A stretch of 64,000 bases of DNA from Protoeuglena noctilucae. Its lineage: Eukaryota. Below are positions 13,552 through 25,940 of this stretch, piece by piece. The stretch lies in assembly GCA_958009085.1 (NCBI GenBank), contig OY253675.1, forward strand, positions 806,001 through 870,000. The letters are read 5' to 3'. A program made the translations under genes and the position numbers. Within the stretch, counting starts at the first letter, position 1. Every line of letters starts with the position of its first letter. Under the pieces are notes generated by a model that had not been told where the DNA came from, made no database searches, and saw nothing but the letters and a program-made list of their open reading frames with translations.

Positions 13552-14868
13552 TCAGTCACGGAGGAGCTCCAGGACATCTGCGGACTGCCGGAAGTAGCCC
13601 CCGACGACCGCCAGCAGCACCCCCGCCTGGTCGCTGGTTTTGGTGCCAGCTGTCGACCGCAGCATGTCTTCGCAATGTACTGCGGGGGAAGAGCAGCAGA
13701 AAGGGTGTCTATAAGGGCCAAGGGAGGTCGGGGCACATGGGCTGAGTTCATGGTCCACCTCTGTGTCCTCGCCTGCCAGGGAGTAGAGCGCGGCACACGT
13801 GTCGGGGTCCAGGGGCTCCTCCACGTGGCAGAGGAGGCTGAACATCCACTGCCCCGCCGGCCATGGGAGCGTGGAAGGCGACGACGTGATGCAGGCCGCC
13901 AGCTCCTGCACGCACGACGACGGGGCCATCTCACACGCCACGTCTGCGTTGCTGCCTCAGTCACGGCTGCCGGTGGATCCACATCACGAAAGCCCCGAGC
14001 CTCGCACCTGGATCAAGCGAGTCGTCGCAACACGGTCCATGCCGCCGACGTAGCTCAGCAGAGGCCGCATGTCGAGGCGCGTCTCAGATTCCTGCCATGA
14101 ACAGGACGGCGATATCATGCTGATCTAGCAGGCATGAAAGGAACCAGCAGTCCACATCCGAGGTGCTTGCTGGGCGCACCATCACCTGGCCGCCGTAGAT
14201 GGACTGGGCGAGCCTCGCCGCGTCGCGACGGGTGTGGATCCCCAGTTGGCCGCCCGCAGAGCCGGCGGGGTCGTCATGCCCCCCCGCTGCAGATTTGAGC
14301 CTGCCGAAGTCCTCCACAAACGATCGGACCCACTCGCGGCTCAACACCGCGGACAGGGGCTTCCGCACTGCAGGGGGAGCTTGGGATGGCCCCGCCGCTC
14401 CCCCCTCGGACGACTGCGCCTGTCCCCGTGCGCCATATCCTCCGTAACCAGACTTGGTTGAGGCGTCGACATCGACAGGCGCTGCCAGGGCCGCATCGGC
14501 GGGTGCACGGGAGCCCGACGGCGCTGCGGAAGGGTTCCCCTTGCTCATGTACACCTTCGGCAGCTTCCGCGCCTCCTGCGGCTCGAGCAGATTAATTATG
14601 TTTCATACATACTCTGGACAAGCCGTCGACGCCGTCGGCATCGCGCCCGCTCTGAGGCAGCTCAGCTGCTCACCATGCGGACCATGGCCAAATACTCCTC
14701 CGCGGAATCGGGCAACCCGACCGTGAAGTCGACAAAGTCTAAGCCCACCACGTCGGCCACGGGCAGCGCCAGCGGAGGCATCATTCCGCCTTCATCCGAA
14801 GACGTCCCATCGTAGTCGTCCTCCCCAACCCATGCTTCCTCCTCCTCTTCCACAACCACGTGCGCCAT
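13552..14868 (-). CDS. GEMIN2: GEMIN2 / SMN-interacting protein 1 (multi-exon)
   Basis: GLPDSAEEYLAMVR..EARKLPKV, WVRSFVEDF, WMFSLLCHVEEPLDPDTCAALYSL and VVGGYFRQ match Gemin2 motifs. Confidence 0.82.
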
Positions 14869-15082
14869 ATCAAGCTGTGCGGTCTCGCCAGCGCGTGCTC
14901 CTTCCTTTCTACTTCCAAATCGAGGAAAGCAGGCCCACGCTGGGTGCGATTGCTTCCTTGCAATAAGATTAACGACCCATCAACATAAGACCCTATGCTC
15001 TGTGCCACATCTAAGTTCAACCTGCGCATCAGCTCATCGACCTTATCAGCCGCGACGGCGGCAGGGTTACCCCAGCTGTCTG

Positions 15083-17527
15083 TCAGGAGTAGCGCTCGAA
15101 ATCTGACAGGGGCGCTCCCCTCTTGGATCCCCGGCGGTCCCGATCCCCGCGGCCCCTGCATTGGAAACATCACATGCCCATGTCTGCCACACATGTGCAT
15201 GTGGCCTGGCTAAGAGGTCGCCTCCCACCACAGCACCTCACCTCCCGCGCCCTGCGCCCCCTCCCCTGCCACGGCCTGCATAAGGTCCCGCCCCCGCTCC
15301 GCCCGCATCCCGGCCTTCGTACCTCCCCCGCGTTTGCTTGGCAGGGACGGGGTAGTCGACGCCCATCTGCACCTTGCACGCCGCCTGCTCCTCGGCCGAC
15401 AGCCTCCAGGGCTCGTGCACCATCGGGGCCGACACCGCGCTGATCTCGGGGATCCAGTGCCGCACGTAGTCCCCCTCCTTGTCGTAGTCGTTGGCCTGCT
15501 TGGTGATGTTGAAGCGGTTGATGCGCCCCCCCGTGAGGCCCGCCGCCGCCACCCAGTTGCCCCAATTGGACGCCACGTCATAGTCAAGCAGCAGACTCTC
15601 GAACCAGTCGGCTCCCTGCCGCCAGTCCAGGCCCAGGTCGTGCACCAGGTACGACGCCACGTTCTGGCGACCGCGGTTGGACATGAACCCCGTCGCAGCC
15701 AGCTCCCGCATGTTCGCGTCCACCAGCGGCATGCCCGTGCGGCCCTCCTTCCACCTGCGGGGCAACTGGCAGATGCAATCCACCACCAGTGCGGGGCTGC
15801 AGAGTGCGGGCGCGTGCATGCAGCTCCTCGCGACCCACCGCCGCAGCAGATCGGGGTTCGCCCGCCACGCAGGCGCGGCGCCCACCACGCCCCCCGAGTG
15901 GAATATCCTGTTGCCGTGCTTCAGAGCAAAGAAGCGGTAGTAATCGCGCCAAATGAGCTCGAAGATGACCCAGTAGGTCGACTTGTTGGCCACCACCTGC
16001 GGCATGCGGATCGAGTGCCCACAGTCTGGCACCGCTACCTGCGGTTTCAGACCCACACCTCGCTCGATGGCACTCCCAGCAACTCACTCTGCAACCCCAC
16101 CCCTCACCTGGTCCTCAAACTTCTTGATCTCGTGGTAGATAGTGCGTGGGGACAGGCACCCATGCGCGAGCCACGGCGCGAACTTGGTTGAGTAGTCCCC
16201 GCCCAGCATGCCGTTCCGTGTCTCAAAGTAGTCCGCCAGGAGACGCTTCTCGCCCCAGATGTAGTACCGGAGACGCTCTAGCGCCACCGACTCACCCCCC
16301 ACGAAGTTCAGCACCCCCTTGGGGTCCTGGGCCTGCCTGCGGGATGCCAACGAGCCGATGCGGTGTGCACGGTGGCATGACCACCTACAAATGACAGCAT
16401 TTGGCATATCTAGCATACATCTGGGCCTGGCCGCCAGCAGGACTCGCCTGGGGACCTTGGGTTGCATGGGGAGGTCGTCGTAGGTGGGTGTGAAGTCGAA
16501 GGAGAGCCCCGTGCCAGCCAGGCACTCCGCGCTGGGCAGCGGCAGGTCGCCCTTCCGCAGGGGCGGCAGCTCCGCCCGCACGCGAGACTGCGACTCGACC
16601 TTGTTCTTGAACGGCGTGAACACGTCGGGCATATCGGTGAGGCCCTGCCTGCGTCAGGACACATGACGCAGACGTCGAGAGATACTCGGTGCCAGTAGCG
16701 CAGTCGAGTCACTTCTGGCAATGGCATCGGCGACGCACCGGAATGGGAGGTCGGCGAGGTGGTACAGCGTGTGGCCCCACACCCGTCGCAGCTCCCCACG
16801 GCTCCCCACCGCCGTCTTCACCTCCGCGTCCACAGCACGTTCCTCAGACGTGACCTCGTCCTGCGTCAGGACCGTAAGGCGGTCCGCGGACGGGGCGACC
16901 TTCGCGATGACCTCCTCGGGCTTCCCAACCGCCACGAGCAGGTCTGCATGAGATGGGGGGCGTGTGACGCGGGAGATGGAAGCGGGCTGGGGGCTGGTGT
17001 GAACCGGCAGCACAGTGCAGCGCATGGGGTTAAGCTGTCCGAGGACAGCCGCATCTTACCGGAGCCCAGGGCTCGGAGGCTCTTCTTCAGGTCCAGCACT
17101 GACTCAAGCTGGAACTGGGCACGGAAGGGCCCCGTCTTCGGGTTGCCCCAGGGGGTGGTTCCAAAGAAACGCGGGTCGAAGCAGTAGAGAGGGAGCACCT
17201 CCGCTGCCCCGCCCCTGCACATGTCCGCCGCCTGCTTGAGCGTCTCATTGTCGCGGACCCGCAGGTCGTTCCTGAACCACACCACGACCCGGCCCTTGCC
17301 TCGGTCCCCGGCCATCGCAGACGTCACCACGAACCGGCCCCGACGGGACACGCGCTGCGCGCCCTCTGCCTGCGTGGATTGCGTTGCGCGGCAGCCAGTC
17401 TTTGCGTGGGGTCCCCGTCTGGCGCGCCGAGCTGCTTAAACGATGCGCAGAGAGGCGCGTCGGAAATTCGACTCACGAATTTGAATGCTAGTGCACTCCT
17501 CGCGCACGGAGCGGCCGCCTGTTGCAT
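15083..17527 (-). CDS. CRYD: Cryptochrome DASH with probable N-terminal transit peptide and RGG-rich tail (multi-exon)
   Basis: WFRNDLRVRDNE, YFETRNGMLGGDYSTKFAPWLAHGCLSPR, FELIWRDYY, GFMSNRGRQNVAS and DYDVASNWGNW. The start codon and last exon are inferred from splice sites. Confidence 0.92.
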
Positions 17528-17717
17528 AATGCGGCGCGACCCGGCAACTACGGACGAGGAGTGCCGGCTGCCCTCGTCCCCACCGATCCCTACGCTTGCA
17601 GGATATGCAATGCACATAACATTGCCAGGAGGAGCAAAGAAACCGGCAGGGCCGCGCCAGAAAAATGCCAGCGTTAGATACGCCACCATTCGCGCAGCCC
17701 AAACGACGCCTTCACGC

Positions 17718-19331
17718 TCAGCCCTCAGCCTCACGAACCGCCATCTCCACGTGCCTCTTCAGTCCCTCGAGTTTCTTCTGCGGACAGAGGCGCATGTTTT
17801 CGTTCGAGCCAGCTAGACGTGGCGGCAGTGCCGACGGTGAAAACAACCCCGTAATGTCTCACCCGGAACTCCTGCATCATGAGATCGACGCACACTCGCG
17901 CGTTATGCTGTCCGACGGGCTCCACCCGGAACACAAACTCGTCCATTTTTGGCCGGATGTCCACCAGGCCCGGCTTGCCGATCTCCTCCGCGAACTGCAG
18001 CGACGAGCGGTGGCACCGCGATGCGGAATACCGCTTTTCGCAAGCGAACCTGACTGCCCGGACCGGCGACTGCCCGCACCTTAATGCACTCCCCGTCGTA
18101 CTTGTACTTCTCGCCCTCGTCCACGACCTCGATCTGCTTGGTCATGTTGTTGACCCGGAAGATGCCGTTGGGGTCCGACGCGAGGAACTGCTCCTGCATC
18201 GGAGAGGGCGACGAGCGGGGCTCAGTCACCACATCCGCCACCGCACACCAGCCAAAGGCCCCATGCAACGTCGCTCCGCCGCCCTCACCCGCTGCTTCTC
18301 GGTCAATGTATCTGCCAGACCCTGGTTGATGCGGATCTCCGGCTTGTACTGGAAGACGGCCGTGGCGACGGGCTGGAACTTGGCGTGGTCCTTCCCGATG
18401 CCCTTGCGTGCGGTGGCTGCGCTCCAAAGGTAAGCATCCGCGGCTGTCCCAATGGACCGCGCTTGGGATACCCAGGCTTATGTGCACACAACAGCCGCCT
18501 GGCCGCCTTGCCCACGGCTTCATCCGCACGCACCTGTGAGCTTGATGCCCTGGCCAGGCCCCAGGCGCACGATGACGATGCCCCCCGTCCTCGAGCCGGC
18601 CTGGTAGTCCTTGGGGCGGATGTTGGGGAACTGACGATCCAGGTTGAGATGGTTGGACGTGACCACCAGCTGCCCCTCCTCAGTGTTGTGCACGTCCAGC
18701 GTAAAGTTTACCTCGTTCGGGAAGTCCTGGGCCATCATCCCCACCTCGCCCCACTCCATGTCGCCCCACTGCAAGCGCCGCGGTAGCGGGGATCGCGCTT
18801 CCGCAAGCGAAGCCCGGCGAATCCAGGCCTGCCTCCCAAGACGCAGACGGCACGGCCCGCACCTCCGCGTCCGTCTTGAACTTGTTCACGACAGGCCCGC
18901 TCACGAGCGGGATGAGACCGAGCCGATGAGCGATGAACTCGTCGTTCAGGACGCTCGTGTTCTCCTCGATCCCCACCAACTCGATCGCCATCGTCGGGAC
19001 CCACGACAGCTGCGGCCGACGGGTCCCAAGGCGATGTACAATGACTACACGAAGTCCATATCAGCACGCCGAGCGTGCGGAACTCCCCTTCGGGAGCGCG
19101 GCCTCACCATGACGCGCCGCAACGCGTTTGCGACGCTCTGGTGCGTGCCCTTGAGCACCTGCGCAGCGCGGGGAGCACAGGTACGTGTCATGAAGGTCAA
19201 TGGGGCAAATGGCATTGCGGACCAGCTCTACGGGTCCCCAGGCGGGCGCCACTCACGAACTCCAGCTTCTCCGCATCCACCTCCCTGATGGCGACGACAG
19301 GATCGCGCAAATGGCCCCCCGCCCCCACCAT
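17718..19331 (-). CDS. RPB3: RNA polymerase II subunit RPB3 (multi-exon)
   Basis: [56 protein letters not shown] and [19 protein letters not shown]. Confidence 0.93.
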
Positions 19332-19533
19332 CACCCCGACAGGTGACGCAACAGCCTGTGTGGCCACTCTGAGATTGCAGCAGGCTCCTGAGCGGTCAAG
19401 AAATTGCAGCAGCGGTGCTTCAGCTCTCGTGCGCCAAGTCTCGCTCAGTCCGCGGGTTTCTTCCTACTCATGGGCGTTGTCTCTCAGATTTCCATGCATC
19501 CATGCGGTAATGGGAACTCCCCATTGCGAGGGT

Positions 19534-19570
19534 CATCGGGAAAACCGCGAGTCTGGCGTCAGTCGGATCA
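19534..19570 (+). repeat. Left terminal inverted repeat (13 bp perfect, about 37 bp imperfect)
   Basis: CATCGGGAAAACCGCGAGTCTGGCGTCAGTCGGATCA versus the reverse complement of the right end, CATCGGGAAAACCCGGCGATTTGACGTCACTCGGATCA. Confidence 0.88.
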
Positions 19571-19700
19571 TCCCCGTGATACCCAGGAATCGTGGGGATC
19601 ATCCCGCTGATCCCGGGGTATCAGAGGGATCATCCCAGTGATCCCACTGACGACACAGACTGTAATGTAAACCCTCATTGAGCCCAGTGATTCCAGCCGC
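19565..19700. repeat. Left subterminal repeat array (GGGATCA/TGATCCC motifs)
   Basis: GGATCATCCCCGTGAT and TCATCCCAGTGATCCC are exact reverse complements of 16-mers in the right-end array. Confidence 0.8.
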
Positions 19701-20910
19701 GCGCCCGATCTCCCTGGGGAGGCCGTTTTACGCGGCGCGGTTACGGCCACGGCGCACCCGGGATGCGAGAGGCCGCTGGGAGCAGTTTCGCGGCATTTCG
19801 TCGTGGTCGGGGATCGCGGGGAGCGGGGCCCACTCGGGAGCGCAGCGGCGCCGGAAGCGTTAGCCGAGGCTATCCCGCCGCCTATCTTCCTTCTCGGCCG
19901 CGATCAGACCTATCTTGATCGCGATCGGACGCATCTTTTGGGCACCCGCGCTCCGGGGCCCGCGCGGCCCGGGGGGCTCCGTTCGGCCCGTAATCGCTCC
20001 CTAGCGTAGCTATTGGTATTTCAATCCCTACGCCGAGGTTACATGACCATCCGTGACGCTCTAGGCAACGCACTCATGCACGCACATGCAGCCGGACTCG
20101 GGCGGCCGCAGGCGCGACGGGAGCGCGCAGCGACCACCGCCAGAGGCACCGACCGCTTGTTCCGGACGCTGCCGCTCCATCGGGGAGCGGCGCTCCGGCA
20201 CTCGGGCCAGGCACTCGGGAGATGGTGGCGTGCGCGACTCCGCCGTGCCGACGGCCGCCCCAGGAGTCGATGACCACCGCTGCGGGGCGCCGAGGACGCC
20301 AGACGACAGACAAGGGGCATGGGTCGGCGGACGAGCCATGGCGGGCCCGGCCAGCACCCGACCAGCGCCGGAACTTGGGACGAGGTGGCACGTGCGCCTG
20401 CGTGCTTGTTAGGCGAAGTTAGAGTCAGTCTCGGGGTGAGAGAGTGCAGGCACGGTGCCAGGTACAGTAAGCAAGTACAGAGATACCACGCTGGCGGACC
20501 AGCCCTTCGTCCCTCCCAGCCAACCAACCCCCCCTTGCACACCTGACCGTGTCGCAGACCCCACCGGTAGCGCAGCAGACCAACCGCGCACCTCGGGGAC
20601 AGCGACAATGTCCGACCTGATCTAGTCATGCGTATGCTGCATCTCACCTCACGGGAGCTGGCCCCTCCCCTCCCCAGCCACGTCAGCACACCTCGCAGAT
20701 GGCTCAGCAGCAGGCTGCACTCTCACTCTAGAGAGGGACGATGATCCAGCGCTGTTCGCACCAGCAGCGCCGAGCCTCGCCTGTGCGCGGTGCTGTCGCT
20801 GCAGCCCTGCAATCCACCCCCGCTTGCCTGGAGGACTGACGACCCCTGAGCCTGCCTGACCCACAGAGCGCGCGCTGGACTTTCCTCACCTCCGCTTCCA
20901 CGCCCTCACC

Positions 20911-23900
20911 ATGCCCGCCTTGAACCCTGCATCGCAACCTGCGCTGCAGCTCACCATGCTCGAATGCGACGCGTGTGGAACGCAATTCGATACCCCGGCC
21001 AAGCTCGCCCGGCATCAGCAAAGATGCCCTGCGCTGTGGGGCTGGAGATATGGCGAGGAGAGCCGCCAGGAAGCACCCCGCCCCGCCGCCCCACACGAAC
21101 ACTATGTCTCTCCGTCTCTGCGAGGCTCGGACGGGCTGGCACGCGACAGCGCCAGCGCGGGACCAGACCAAGAACTGCGGGAGGAAGACGGGACGGCGGA
21201 CGTTGCTGCGGGCAGTGATGGCGAGAGCGAAGATGTAGGACTCGCGTGGCTCCACTACGCCGACACGGACGTGGATATGGACGTGGACATTGACTCGGAG
21301 AGGGGTGAACCGCCCGAGAGCGCCGGAGCGCATGATGCGCCCCAAGAGGACGCTCCTGGAGTCTCCTACCTTCCTGCGCCCGGGGAGTACGAACCGCTGA
21401 AGCTGCCGGAGGACCTGGAGGCATGGCGGGCCAGGAGCAGGGACAGTGACGATGAGTACCTGAGCCAACTTGAAGCAGGGGCGCAGTTCATGGCATCGCT
21501 GACGGCAGCGCATTTCGATTGCTTCGTGAAGCTGCGCCCCGACATCCGCGACGACCTTCTCGACCTCGGGCGCTCCCACCGCACGTTCCACACCTCACTC
21601 AACAGCATCCATGGCCAGTACGAGGTGCGTCACGCCGCGGTGCCGCTTGTGTCGAGGGCCTCGGACGCGGCCGAGGGGGCTGACGCCAACCAGTGCACGC
21701 ACGGCCTGCAGGTTTTGCAAGAGGAGGGCAGCACAACCATCATCTACCAAACGATAACGGTGCTGAGGGACATGCTGGTGCACGCGGAGCAGATCAAGCC
21801 CAAGACGCTCGTTAAGTTGATGCGAGACTTCAGCGAGGCACGGGAACGGTCACGCCAGGCGAGGGCGAGACCACATGAGACGCATCCCAGCATCCACGAG
21901 AAGCTCACCTTCTCCCGGGCGAAGGGGTATAGCGACATAGCCGAGGCTGTCGCTGGCAAAGTCCGCCCCGAGCTGCACGCCCGGCTGCTCCTCGTGCCCG
22001 TCGCGTACAGCATCGACGGGGTGGAGATGACCAAGGGCGCATCGACGACGCCCATCCACATGCACCTCCTGTCGCCTTGCAAGGCCGTGAGGACAGGGAC
22101 GCCGCGAACCGTGGCCACCGTCGAGTCCATGAAGGCGAGAGGAGGATTGCCGGCGTTGCAGCCCACACGTCCACCACCACGCCGCGTGTATGAGTTGTCG
22201 CTCGAGGCCCCCGCAGGTGTCCGGGATCACTCCGGGGTCACAGGCAGACCTGAACAACAGAGAGGCCATCCAGCGGCGGCTGGCTGCCGTGGACCGGCAG
22301 CTGATTGGCGTGGCGAGGTCCGGTGGGGTGTGGATGACCCTCCCCGACGTCGGGAGAGTCATCGTCTTTCCCGTCTTGGCGGCGCAGCTGAACGACATGA
22401 TGGCCAACTCGTCCACGCTGGCCGTCAGGTCGTGCCCGCTGTGCCTCCAGGATGACTGCCGCACGCCTCGCACCGTCGCGCTGCATCGCCTCCAGGTGCA
22501 GCACATCCTGCGCTTGAGGAGGGACGTGGGGACGGCCAGGGCCAACGAACAAGCCAGGGAGAGCAAAATTCATCCTGTGGTTCCTGCCCTGTCGTACTGG
22601 GACGAGTTCGGGTCGGACTTGTATCAGGGCCAAGCACCTGACCCCATGCACACCGTGGAACTGGGAATGTTGGGCAAGACTGTTCCCTTCTGCATACTGA
22701 CCGTCCTCTTCAACAACGCGGCAGCGGGAGAGTCTGCGACAAAGGCAAACGCCCTCTTGGCTGCGTTCGCATCGATCATTGCGGATGCCAAGGTGAGCTG
22801 CAGGTCAGGCAATGGCGTGCGTTGCCTGCAGTGGCGCCGCAGCTGCTCGGTATTCACCTGGCATGTCCATCGTCGTGTGGGTGGAGCGCAGGCCCCGGCA
22901 TGGATCCACGCCCGTCCGTGGGGCGAGACCTTCCAGATCGTGCTGAGCCTCGTGGACCCGTTTGGGAAGATAAAGGCGTACGAGGCGAGGTTCTTGATCC
23001 AAGCTCTGCCTTTCGCCCTCGTCGAGCTCTTCTCTCGAGGCGAGGCCGACAGTCAGCGCTGCGAGGGCATCGGGAGGAGCTGCGGGTATCGCGATGCGGG
23101 CCGGGGAACCCCGGGAGTGTTTCCCCACCACCACATCCCTTGCAGAGCCTACGGGCAGCAAAGACGTGCACGACGAGAGGGTTGGGCTCGTGGCCGTAGC
23201 CCTGGCATGCCTTCAGCTCTATGCCGAATGGTCCCTGGAGAGCGCCACCATCGCAGGGGCGCAGGCGGCGGACGCGCAGCTGAATAAGGTCCTCCACGTG
23301 AGGCCTTCTCCAACACCAGCCCCATCGTTCGCTGCCCCTTACTCACTCTGGAAGCCTTGTCGCTGCCGTGTCGCCGCAGGTCGTGCTCAAGACGCTGCTG
23401 CGTGGCCACGAAATCGTCCGCACGGAGAAGCCCCTCTTCAGCAAGATCGAGAACAGCCAGAAGTGCCACGCGCTTTCGCATTTCCCTGCAGTGGTGGCGA
23501 GGAACGGCTCCATCATGTTGGGCAGCATGAACGACGCCGAGCGCATGCACAAGCCCATTGCCAACGCGCGCACGAACGGCAAGGGCGACGTGCAGGTACA
23601 GGCAAGAAGCGCCGCCCAGCGTAGGCGACGCGGGGAAGCCCACGCAGGACGCGTTTCTTGCGACTCACACGTCTCGATGCGGTCGCACGGCGCTCGACCC
23701 GCGTGCCATGCTGAGCCGCGCTGGACTGACCCCCGAGCCCTGTCGCAGGCGAGCACCAGCGTCATCTCTCAGAGGGCGGCCTCCGTCATCAAGAGCCGGG
23801 CGAGGGCGGAGCAGCCGGTCCCGTCCCAGCCCGAGGACCAAGTGAAGGGCGTGAAGACCGTCCTGAAGAAGAACGACCTGTGCAGCGAGGGACGCGCGGA

Positions 23901-24486
23901 AGACTTCGTTTCTAAGGCGGACCTCCTGAACGCCCTCAAGGGCGCGGGGCTTCCCTGCCACGTCTTGGGCGAGGTCGCGCTGACCTCCACGGTCGAGATC
24001 GGGACGGCCAGCGGGGACCGGGCCAGGATCGTCGCCACCGACGAGACCCTGTCCTTCGTCGAGTACCTCCCGGACAGGGGCACGCTGCAGACGGGCAGGG
24101 TCGTGTGCGGGGTTGAGGCGAAGACCAGCTCCGGTGCCGGGACCTTCCTCTGCGCCCTGGTGGCCCCGGTGCACAGGGCCCCATGCGACCTGAGGTACCT
24201 GTCCAACCAGTGCTTGTCGTTCTACACCAACCTGGGAGCGCTGCAGCCTCCCCAGCTGTCGCTCCTGGAGCCTGCGGAGGGCGAGGCTCTGAAGTGCGTG
24301 CCCCTCCGCAACCTTCGGCGGCAGCTTCACGCCGTGAAAGTTGCTGGGAAGCTTCTTCACTGCGGCCACGTGCAGCAGGTCTGGGAGCACCACGCCAGCG
24401 GCGGCGAGGAGTGGGTAACCCAGGAGCTCCCCGATGCTCGCGGTGCCAGGTCCCCGACGCCGGCGATGTCATCTGTATCGAGATAA
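20911..24486 (+). CDS. Plavaka/EnSpm-type DDE transposase with N-terminal zinc finger (about 7 exons; start uncertain)
   Basis: CDACGTQFDTPAKLARHQQRC finger; VAYSIDG; LNDMMAN..CPLC; APDPMHTVELGM (DxxH); KCHALSHFPAVVARNGS..AERMHKPIANARTN. Spliced frames join without stop codons. Confidence 0.82.
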
Positions 24487-24956
24487 TTCTCCGAAGCCAG
24501 CCCCGCGCCCCCATCCGCAGCGCCATGACGGCGGGGACGGCTCACCTCCCATGCAGCAGCCACCTCCGTGCGGCGTAGCCGGCAAAGGCGCCGCAGCTAG
24601 CGAGATTTAGGTCACCTCAATCCATAGGCCAAGCGCTGCGTGCCCGATCGCGGCCGCGGCGGCGGTAGGCCTGGTCGAGCACGGGGACCTCCCCGGCGCC
24701 CCCGGGGGCCCGGCGAGCCCGCGAGCTCCCGCTCATCGCATAGATATGGACATCTCACGTTGAACAGCGGCGGCGCAGGGGAAGCGGACCCCGGATGCGT
24801 CGACGGCCCCCGTCTGCATGCTGGAGCAAGCTTTAGGACGCGAGAGGGGCCTCCGAGGCAGTCATTAGCACCAACTAGCAAATGTGCGGTCTCTCCGCCT
24901 CCTCTCGAGCCCCCTGAGCAAACGCGGGGGCGCGCACGCGCGTCAGGGCCGCGGCC

Positions 24957-25105
24957 CGGGATCGCTGGGATCACTGCGGCAGTGGCGGGGATCGCCGGGA
25001 TCACGGGGATGATCCCGGCGATTCCCGGGGATCACTGGGATGAATCCAGTGATTCCCGCGATCCTTCTGATCCGAGTGACGTCAAATCGCCGGGTTTTCC
25101 CGATG
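24957..25105. repeat. Right subterminal repeats plus right TIR
   Basis: GGGATCGCTGGGATCAC..GGGATCGCCGGGATCACGGGGATGATCCC..GGGATCACTGGGATGA, ending in GGTTTTCCCGATG. Confidence 0.85.
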
Positions 25106-25237
25106 GTGTGCCAGAGCAGGACTGAGACTGACGGGCGCGGGGGTGCAAGAAGCGGCTCCAAGTCTAGGGGTCACTATGCAGTCCTTCCACCTCACTCCCC
25201 GCTGCATTGCTCACGAAGGGTGGGCGTAGGGCAGACC

Positions 25238-25856
25238 ATGCCCAAGCTCAGCGACTACAAAGGCCGTGGGCCTGCTGGGTCACAGCCGGTGTCTAGCGAA
25301 GGGCAGGAAAGCGCAGGGGCGAAAGATGCGCAGGATGTGGCAGTGCATAATGCGATCTCTGCGCGGCGGGAGCTTATGAAGGCAGAGCAGCAAAGGTGAG
25401 GCTCGCGCTGCAGTCTTTGCGCCGACCGTGCAGAACCCGCTTTTAACCGCACTATGTTGCTCTTCATGGCCAGCAGCGGATATAATATTTCACAAAGATT
25501 GCGCCCATGCTCGCGCGTGCCCTGCGACCCGAGGCGCAAGTATATACAACATGACGACTCTTCGCGTCTCTCCAGGGCCGCCGCGCTCGGTCCGCCGCTC
25601 TTCAGGCATGAGGACGGCACGCTGCAAAAGACCAAGCCACCGCAACACCCTCGCACGGTCGCCGCGCGGCAGCGGTGGGCGCAGATGCGGGCCGACGCCC
25701 TGGCCGCTGTGCTATGTCAGGTGAGGGACGCGAGGGCTGCTGAGGGAGCGACAGCTGGCGTGATGGCCCGTGAGCTCCACCACCGACAACCCCGCGCAGG
25801 ACCCTAGTAGCACCTTGGCCGCCCTGGACATCGTCCACAGCAGCGTGGCCAGCTGA
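25238..25856 (+). CDS. Small hypothetical protein (3 exons)
   Basis: MPKLSDYKGRG...MKAEQQR, GT-AG intron, AAALGPPLFRHEDG...VLCQ, GT-AG intron, DPSSTLAALDIVHSSVAS*. Frames are consistent across the introns. Confidence 0.5.
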
Positions 25857-25940
25857 CCTTTACAGACTTCAACTGTGCAGCTACTGGCAAAGAGGCATGC
25901 AATGCCTAAGGCCTGGTCCCGTGTTGTCACCTCTGTTGTG

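Larger units (their letters stand above)
19534..25105 (+). mobile_element. CMC (CACTA/EnSpm)/Plavaka-like DNA transposon, 5572 bp
   Basis: Ends are CATCGGGAAAACC (from 19534) and GGTTTTCCCGATG (to 25105). GT flanks both sides (19532-19533 and 25106-25107; candidate 2-bp TSD). GATC-rich subterminal repeats and an internal transposase gene are present. Confidence 0.88.

Noticed and set aside
19565..19700. Repeat arrays here and at 24957-25075 as a CRISPR array
   Set aside because: They lack a constant repeat with unique spacers and there are no cas genes. They are mirrored transposon subterminal repeats in eukaryotic DNA.
19700..25000. Fanzor/TnpB cargo in the transposon
   Set aside because: I found no RuvC motifs or terminal zinc ribbon. 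The C-terminal exon fits the transposase tail, and ORFs at 20013-20689 show no recognisable domain.
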